The translations under genes were made by a program, and so were the position numbers. Shown here piece by piece: positions 24,779 to 32,366 of a stretch of DNA of 32,366 bases. This DNA comes from Conidiobolus incongruus B7586. Its lineage: Eukaryota. Under the pieces are notes generated by a model. That model was not told the origin of the DNA. It made no database searches and saw only the letters and a program-made list of their open reading frames with translations. The stretch spans positions 1 through 32,366 of the forward strand of contig JNEM01012086.1 in assembly GCA_000697335.1 (NCBI GenBank). The letters are read 5' to 3'. The stretch's first letter is position 1; the number at the start of each line of letters is the position of its first letter.

Positions 24779-24974
24779 TTTTTTACAAATTATAATAAAT
24801 TTTCAAGTACTGACAATCTTCAGTTTAATTAAATATATTTATGTTAATATGTTCATTTAATTAATATACTGTAAATTAAATTTCAAACTTGATATAAGAG
24901 TAATTTCAGTATAAACCTTATATTATATAATATTCGTTCTATTAAGCTTAGGATTATGAAATGATGAATGAATA

Positions 24975-24982
24975 ACCCATAA
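24975..24982 (+). promoter_or_regulatory. ACCCATAA upstream motif (MRE11)
   Basis: ~185 bp upstream of the ATG, sense orientation. Confidence 0.55.
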
Positions 24983-25165
24983 ATAATATTGAGTAAAATT
25001 CAAGCATTTAAAATCTTTCATGAATTGGTTTAAGATTCGCGTAAATATTAATATTATATTATATTATTACAAAAAGAATAATATTACGAGACATACTTCC
25101 TATAGTGATATTTATATTAATACCTATTAAAATATCTTTGAATTTAAATCAAAGAACTTTAAATT

Positions 25166-27011
25166 ATGAAAAAATTATCTATACTAATCAGTACAGATAA
25201 CCATCTTGGCTACTTGGAAAAAGACAGTATACGAGGTCAAGACTCTATCAATTCATTCCAAGAAATTCTAAGCTTAGCTAATAAACACAACTGTGATATG
25301 ATCCTATTGGGTGGTGACTTATTCCACGATAACTTACCATCTAGAAGCTGTCTCCACAGTTGCATGTCTTTAATAAGACAGTACACGTTTGGAGAAAAGG
25401 AAGCGCCCAGTGAACATTCGTTGAGGATTGAATCGGATATGACTTTGAACTTTCATGATAGATTCGGGATTGCTAACTTTATGAGTGACGACTTTAGAAT
25501 TAAGATTCCTATTTTTTCAATTCACGGAAACCATGACGATCCTAGCGGTGTAGAGCGATTGTGTAGTCTTGATCTTTTATCTACTTCGGGGCTTGTTAAT
25601 TATTTTGGGAAATCTAATCGCGTCGACTCGATTGATATACATCCAATTTTATTGACTAAAGATAATGTCAAAATTGCGCTCTATGGTATTGGTAATGTTC
25701 GGGATGAACGTTTATTTAGAACATTTCACAACGGCGGAGTTAAATTCCACCCTCCCAAGAATAAACATGAATGGTATCACATTCTTACAGTACATCAAAA
25801 CAGAGTTCCTCATGGCGATACAAACTATTTACCAGAATCAATGCTTCCAGAATGGATAGACTTGGTGGTGTGGGGTCACGAACATCAGTGCATTACAGAA
25901 GTTCAACAGAATGCTCAACACGATTTCAAAGTGCTCCAACCCGGATCATCTGTTGCAACTGCTTTGAGCATAGGGGAAGCCGATCCTAAACACATTTTTA
26001 TCTTAGAAATAGATTCAAAACGTCATGCTGAATTCAATACTATTCCATTAAAAACAGTTCGTCCCTTTGTAATGGATAATATCAAATTATCTGACTTTAC
26101 TGAATTATCGGCATGTACTTGGGAAGAAGTCAGTACAGTGATCATCGATTACATCAAAGGAATGATCAAGAGAGCTGAAGAAGATTTCAAAAAGTTGAAT
26201 AGGACTGCTGTAAATATTCCACTTCCCCTCATCCGCCTTAAGGTAAGTTATCAAAACCAAATCTCCCAATTGAGTCCTATTCGATTCTATCCCCTATTGG
26301 AATCATTGGTGGCAAACCCCAAATCATGCTTACAATTCTCCAAACAAAAAATGATTCATAGAGAGCAGTGGATACTCCCAATCGCAGCATGTCGTCCCAC
26401 TTCCATCCTTTCTGGACCATCTCCAACTTGAGGATGTTCTCAAAGAATTCAACGACGCAACCCAATTCAACCTCCTGCCCCAAGAAACTTTGGACAGTGC
26501 AGTACACAAACTCATTGAGAAGGAGGACAAGTATGGAGTTGAAAAAGTGGTTAAAGGCACGATTAAAGAACTCCAAAATGGCTTCAAACAGGATTTAACA
26601 CTCTACAAGTTGGATAAGGAGGGACGCAAAATGAGTATAAAGAATAAAGCACAGTTGATCAGTGCCCAATTGAAAGCTACTACATTATTGAACAGTCATT
26701 TTGCTAATCAACTACCCAAGGTAAACAACAAATTTTGATCATAATTTATTATATTAAAATTCTATTAGGAAGATAATAATGACGATTTCACAGATTTTTG
26801 GTTAGAAACTGCAGCTACCAAAAAATCTAAAACCACTACAGCAAAATCCAATCAATCTAAGACTAAAGATGGAGTCAGTGATGATTCTTCCGTAGTATCT
26901 AATACGGATGACGAAGATTCCAAACCAAAGATAGCTAGAGGTAGGGGTGCCAGTCGTGGTCGTGGTCGTGGTCGAGGTAGGGGAAGAGGTAAAACAGAGG
27001 ATTATTTTTAA
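25166..27011 (+). CDS. MRE11: MRE11 nuclease with one apparent frameshift at ~26355-26398 and an intron at 26721-26768
   Basis: STDNHLGY, GGDLFH, FSIHGNHDDP, VHQNR, WGHEH, QPGSSVAT, LPLIRLKV...VANPK. The Mre11-like LEDVLKEF...LLPQETLDSAVHKLIEKEDK continues in the +1 frame. The last exon ends in an RG-rich GAR motif (RGRGASRGRGRGRGRGRG). Confidence 0.9.
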
Positions 27012-27470
27012 TTTTAAAGAATAAATATTAATAAATTAAAATATACTATAAAACAGTCACTCAATTAGCTAATTAATTATGCTTTAATTTGAATATATTC
27101 AAATCAGTTTAAATAGATATTTTTTGATCATTGATATTAAAAATGATATTAATTAATTATAAATAATCATCCCAATACTATTTAAGTGTCTATATTAATT
27201 ATATTGTTTATTGAATATATCACTTGATAATACAATATTAATATTATAATTGATTGAATTTGATATTTTGTTTAACTGTTTAAATATTCAAATCATATTT
27301 ATAATAATATCCAAATACTTGAAGTTATCAATGTATTGCTATTTAATTATAACGTGATATCAAAATTGTTATATATAATTGAATATCATAAACATCAAAT
27401 ATCTTAAAGTTAAAAATAAAATTCAACTTTAACAAAAACTCTTTTAATACAAAAATATAACAAAAACATA

Positions 27471-28259
27471 TTATTTGGTTTGAGCCATCATTTCCTTGAC
27501 CATAGCAGCACACAGTTTGGCATAAGGATTCTCTTGAACGGCGATCTTTTTAGCTAGAGGGTTGCCAAATTTACTGCCCATTTCAAAATCTTGTAGAGCT
27601 AAATCATCTTGTCCTTTTGTTTTACGAATCAATCCTCGTTGAGTGTATGCCTATAGCAATATAATATTAATAATGAACATATTATATGATTGGCAGTGTT
27701 GTTATTACTTGTTTCAAAGCGTTATTATCCTTAGTTTCCAAACCGTATTTAATAGCCAAATCCAAATCTTTGAGACAGTCTTCCATCTTATCGACCATTC
27801 TGTAAGCTTGAGCCCTAAAATCAAATTATATCAATAATGGTATTCAATAATATCCAATACATCGAATAATTACCTATTATTATAAGCTGAAGCATATCTA
27901 GGTTCCAACTCGACAATTTTGGAAAATTGGCTAATAGCTTGCTCCAACTGACCTTCTTCAGCTAATTTTATACCTTCAACTTCGAGAGTTTTAATTTGTT
28001 TTAGAACATTTTCGTCGAGTTTTAAAGTGGGTTCTAATAATATTGTTAATATTGATAATTGAAAGTGGCAAGTGTGATGTATTTACGTTCGACAACTTCG
28101 GGTTTCTTAATGGGAGGAGCACTTGTCATACCTAATTACAAATTAAATTCCAATATATAGCATAATATATTAACTATTACCTTCAGGATCGAAAATCTTT
28201 TCCAAAATATTTAAATCATTTTCACTAACCAATTGTTCGTTATTATTATTTTGGGTCAT
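27471..28259 (-). CDS. TTC36: TTC36-like tetratricopeptide repeat protein, 5 exons
   Basis: Spliced product: ...NDLNILEKIFDPE...LEVEGIKLAEEGQLEQAI...ASAYNNRAQAYR...DLDLAI...QAYTQRGLI...DFEMGSKFGNPLAK....ENPYAKLCAAMVKEMM. This matches the TTC36 C-terminal NPYA.LC..M signature. Confidence 0.85.
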
Positions 28260-28346
28260 CTTATTTTAATTGAATCTTAAAGTTCAAAAAATATGATTCA
28301 ACTAATGGCAATTACCAAATTTTATATTAATTGGTGATCCATTCAA

Positions 28347-28354
28347 TTATGGGT
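28347..28354 (-). promoter_or_regulatory. ACCCATAA upstream motif (TTC36-like; second copy at 28461-28468)
   Basis: ~90 and ~200 bp upstream of the ATG, sense orientation. Confidence 0.55.
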
Positions 28355-28571
28355 TCCAATCTATTGGAACTTAGAAAGTCGTCCCGAATGGTTGAAATTG
28401 GGAAAATTTATTTTGATTTCGTTTAGTGAATGATGATTTCATATTAAGAAAATTTAACCTTTATGGGTAATATTCAAAATTTCGAACAAATTCAAATTTC
28501 AAATATTGTAAATGGGTAAACTAAAGGTAATTATCATTTTAATAATCATAAAATATAATATATATAATTTA

Positions 28572-29125
28572 AGGTGAGTCAATACGACACGTGGTAGGCA
28601 ATGCTGGCCAGGGTCAAGCTATTCAGGTCACTGATTCCAGGAATGGATAGTACGTCCAAACAAGGCGGACAGACTGAGGTGCATAAATGACTATCAGGGT
28701 AGCGAGCATGGTGCGCAGATTGGGTGAATACGCCATTATACGTGGATCTAAGGTGATTAACTGACCTGAGTTCATTTCGACCCAAATAATGCAAATAAAA
28801 TTGATAAATTAATTCGAAATAAATTAGTATTTTAGCAATGACCCTTTATTGAGATCTTAAGGTACCGCCGTAGCTGGTGTGCCTAGGTCGAATTTGCGTT
28901 ATGCTAAAAATAATTTTTTTACATTAGTGATTGCCTATGCCATTTCATCGGGATCTATAAGCTTGCCGCTGCAACCATCATCATGAGTTGCATAATGTGA
29001 GTCTAAAGAAGAGCAAGTTTCCCAATGCATTCCGTCAATTGATTTTGACAGGGTGTTCACATTAACCTGCAGTGGTTCAACAGATTGCCAAGTCAACAAC
29101 CTGGGCAGAAGACTTTGGACAAATA
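28572..29125 (+). ncRNA. Candidate long structured non-coding RNA of unassigned family
   Basis: GC-richer island in AT-rich intergenic DNA with no convincing ORF. It has about ten nested complementary segments of 4-9 bp, several using G-U pairs on the + strand (see findings). Confidence 0.55.
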
Positions 29126-29392
29126 TATTCTTGTTCCTAATTATAGTTGATATATTGTTATTGTATTTTAATAACGAATGTTCAATTATAAGTTATATTT
29201 CTAGCAATTATATAAACACTTGTTATATTGAATTATAATTAATTAAACATATTAATTATTTTTAAATAATAAAAGTCAATAAATTAAATAAACATGATTA
29301 ATTTATATTGATGCAATTAATATATAACAATTTTTAAACTAATTTATTTGATTTTTCAATATTAATACAACAATAATATTATAAAGGGATAA

Positions 29393-29447
29393 ACCCATAA
29401 TTTAAAAAATTAAAAGTTACAATATAAGTTAAACTACTATCCCATAA
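29393..29447 (+). promoter_or_regulatory. Two WCCCATAA motifs upstream of TFA2 (29393-29400 and 29440-29447)
   Basis: ~105 and ~60 bp upstream of the ATG, sense orientation. Confidence 0.6.
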
Positions 29448-29506
29448 TAAGTTTTATTTATTGCCAGTCCCTGTCAATAAAAATTCCCCTATCTAATTAT
29501 AAAAAA

Positions 29507-30524
29507 ATGAGTTTAAATCAGCAATTTGACAACTTCAAAAAGAAAGTAAATAATCAAATTGTTTACGCAAAGCCTCAGATAAACCAAGCTAATGTTCATT
29601 CTCGAGAGGAGCAAAATGCTATACAACGTGAATTGCAATACTTGGGTCAAAATGAAAAGAGGAGAAAAATTGGTATTTTTTTTTTAATTTTAATATTAGT
29701 TCTGATATTTAATTATTTGATTATTTTTATTCATAGATGTTGTAATTGATAGTCCTCAAATGACTAGCAACATCTTTGCTATTTTAAACTATTTGAAAGT
29801 AATTTATTCCGTTATATATTGAATGGCTTAATTTAAATTCTTCACCATTTTAATAGAAAGTAGATAAGCCACAGAACTTAGATGATATTAAGCACGGTGC
29901 TCAAGTTGATATTCAAGCTGATCGTTTGTTATTTGAACGTCTCAAGGTGAATCCTCGTATTCGTTACCTCCCCAACTCCAATATGTTTGAATTTTTGCCA
30001 GAACACGATATTCGTACCCCGGAGAATTTACTCAGGGTAATTAAAAAGAGATATCATGATAATATCAAGGCTGAGTTTCCTTCCTCCACTTGCTTCGAAA
30101 TCAAGGAATTACTCGATTCTAATCCCAATGTCAAGCCCTTGATTGAAAAGTTGGAAACCGAAGAAAAAATTTTCGTGACCAAAAAGCCTAATGACAACAA
30201 CATCAAAGCCGTTTATTACAATCCTCGAGAAATTCAATTCAAAGTTGATGATGGTAATTTTCTATCTATTTCATATACAATATCTCACTTATATCAATTT
30301 TAGAATTCAAAAACATTTGGGCATCACTTCGTATTCCTGACGAAACTGACCTCAACAAGGATCTCAAGAGTGCAGGTATGAAGACCAGTGAAGTCATTAA
30401 GATCAAAATTTCTCACAAGCAGCCCACCAAGAAGAAGTCTTCTAGCAACCGTAAGATTAAGTTGACCAATCAACACTTGGAGTATATTGATTTAACTCAG
30501 GATTATATTCAATCCATGAATTAG
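29507..30524 (+). CDS. TFA2: Transcription initiation factor TFIIE beta subunit, 4 exons
   Basis: MSLNQQFDNFKKK...ILNYLK...LKVNPRI...F.PEHDIRT.E.LL...KELLDS...VDDEFKNIWASLRIPDETDL...RKIKLTNQHL. Three GT-AG introns keep the frame. Stop TAG at 30522-30524. Confidence 0.92.
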
Positions 30525-31284
30525 CATGTATTTTTATTTTCTATTGTCAATAGCTTCGCTTTTGATCATTAGTATACTTGATTTGAGCTATTGGATTATT
30601 CATACTATATTTAAGTGTACAATACTTAAACTATTCATTATATAATTATTGTTTATTCATACTATTAGTAATTATTGTGAAGCTATTTTGTTGATTGATT
30701 TCTATAATAAATAAATGGATATTTAATTGTGTAAATTTTACATACGATTTAATAATAGATTTAATTATTGAATTTATTGCTACATAATTCGGTAAAACAA
30801 TAATATACAAAATATTTTAAAATTATTTTAAACTTTAATATAAACGAGTTAATAATTATTAATCATAGTTCTGATTTTGAATAATTAATACAAATCCATT
30901 TCCAATACTATTTACTACATATTTTAGTTTCATTAAATTTCAATTACCAATCATTTCAATAGATATAAGAATATAAAAATGAAAATGATTTTTCATTTAA
31001 ATTGAAATATGATTCATATAAAGATGTAAATATAAGTTCATAATAATTGTTATGATTATCAAGTATTTCATTTATTAGGCCACAAATCAATTCTATTATT
31101 AGCCAATTATACGAATTTTCGAATATGTAATTATATAGAAAATAAGATTAAATTTTTCTCAAAGAATCTTTTAATGATCACCAAATTTTTTAACAATATT
31201 TCAAATATATATATATATAATTAAAAAATTTCTGGATTAAAAATTTATAAAACAATTTGAATATTAAAATTACATATTTTTCTT

Positions 31285-31503
31285 ATAATTGGGCAGTCAC
31301 TTAAATTAAAACTGTTGTGTAAAGCATAAACTAATCAGGTGTTATTAAATTTTGATCTTATCAATTATGCATAGGATCTTGTTTGCGCTAACATAGTTCA
31401 ACAGGCTAGAAAAGCATATGAAGCAGCCATCAAAACAGGAAACAGTGTAGACTTAGCATTTGAAATTTCATCACCTGAGGGATTAGAACTGTCAAAATAC
31501 ATA
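31285..31503 (+). pseudogene. Acyl-CoA oxidase C-terminal-like gene fragment
   Basis: FDLINYA*DLVCANIVQQARKAYEAAIKTGNSVDLAFEISSPEGLELSKY resembles the ACOX C-terminal helices (W..V.A..V....Y....K.G.S...A.E..S.E...SK.H). It contains stops and ends at the mariner boundary. Confidence 0.5.
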
Positions 31504-32366
31504 CTATTAGTATAGAAATTAAGTAATGATATAATTTTAAAATCAAAATAAAATAAAATTATTAGTATATGAAATATAAAATTAATACACAATATAAAAC
31601 TAATACTCTGTTTTATTACTAATGGCACTTTGCTATACTTTAGGTAAGCTTTTAAGATTTAACAGTTTTTTTATTAAAGACTAAAATTTAATATTTCACA
31701 AATTAAATTAATTTAAAAGAACTTTTTTATAAGTATATTTTTTAATTACTAAAATTAATTCTAATCACATAAGTTATAATCTAATGAATATATTAAATAT
31801 AAAAGTTTTTTTGATTTACTTAAATAAGAAATATTTTATAGATTTAGATTTATTTATTTGATAAACATTACATAAAATAATAAATGCCTTTAATTTATAA
31901 ATAATTATATAAAACTTAATATTAATTAATTTATTTTTAAAAAACTAAATAAAAATAATAAATCATTATAATCTATTATGATAATTTATATTTGCTTATA
32001 AAATAGGTCTTTATTTATTGAAATTTATAAAAGAATTTTTTTATTTAATATTTTATTATACTTTATATATAAGATTTTATAAAAAAATTTAAGATTTATT
32101 AATTATAATGATTTATTATAAGAATTTTTGTTTTTAAATATATTTTAATAAGTTCTGTTTATTTATAGTTATTTTATCTATTTTTCTAGATTTTTGATAA
32201 ATTATAAAATATTTATTTTATATTTTTATTGATTAATTTAAGTTTAAGCTTTAATATATATATAAAATATTATTATAATTAATATTAATCAAGTTTTATA
32301 ATTTTCTAAGGAAATTTTTTAATATTATTAATAAATTAAAAATTAATAACTTAATTAATATTTTAT
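31504..32366 (-). mobile_element. Degenerate mariner-family DNA transposon relic (copy 2), runs off the window end
   Basis: Minus-strand relic translation gives *IFYNLS (cf. WVPHEL), LLYLIYSLDYNLCD*N*F (cf. HPPYSPDLAPSDYHLF) and SLPKV*QSAISNKTEY (mariner C-terminus). It begins right after a TA (31502-31503), and homology to copy 1 starts at the same boundary. Confidence 0.75.

Noticed and set aside
26243..26363. GTAAGT donor in MRE11 as an intron that removes the frameshift
   Set aside because: It would delete the conserved VSY...RF...VANPK segment and need a rare GAG acceptor. The TAG and CAG acceptors nearby give the wrong frame.
28579..28794. 71-aa minus-strand ORF (and the 29053-29238 plus-strand ORF) as a protein gene
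   Set aside because: No recognisable motif, and no splice model joins them into a plausible protein.
28723..28864. Short rRNA-like words (GGTGAATACG, TCTTAAGGTA) in the structured island
   Set aside because: About 10-nt matches with no flanking rRNA similarity, so likely chance.
1..32366. CRISPR arrays, rRNA genes or prokaryotic systems
   Set aside because: No repeat-spacer arrays or rRNA were seen. The sequence is intron-containing eukaryotic DNA.

Overview
Eukaryotic nuclear DNA from a fungus, with very AT-rich intergenic DNA and ~45-80 nt GT-AG introns. The style suggests an early-diverging lineage, possibly Conidiobolus/Entomophthoromycotina-like; this is inference only. Apparently intact genes: RPL26, a possible Mediator Med29/Med2-like gene, tafazzin, a SUN/GH132 glucanase, a small GPI-anchored S/T-rich protein, hexokinase, ATP4, TAF9, PIG-U/GAB1, a DUF6924-like ORF, a TTC36-like TPR protein and TFIIE-beta. 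There are also tRNA-Lys(TTT) and an intron-containing tRNA-Ile(TAT). Damaged genes: unprocessed pseudogenes of SRAP/HMCES and EFL1/RIA1, an MRE11 with one frameshift, and an acyl-CoA oxidase-like fragment. Three signals stand out. (1) A ~550-nt non-coding, GC-richer island (28572-29125) with many nested helices, a candidate unannotated structured RNA. (2) Two mariner transposon relics eroded by C>T/G>A changes, often at CpA/TpG (RIP-like). (3) An orientation-specific WCCCATAA motif ~60-200 bp upstream of most genes.
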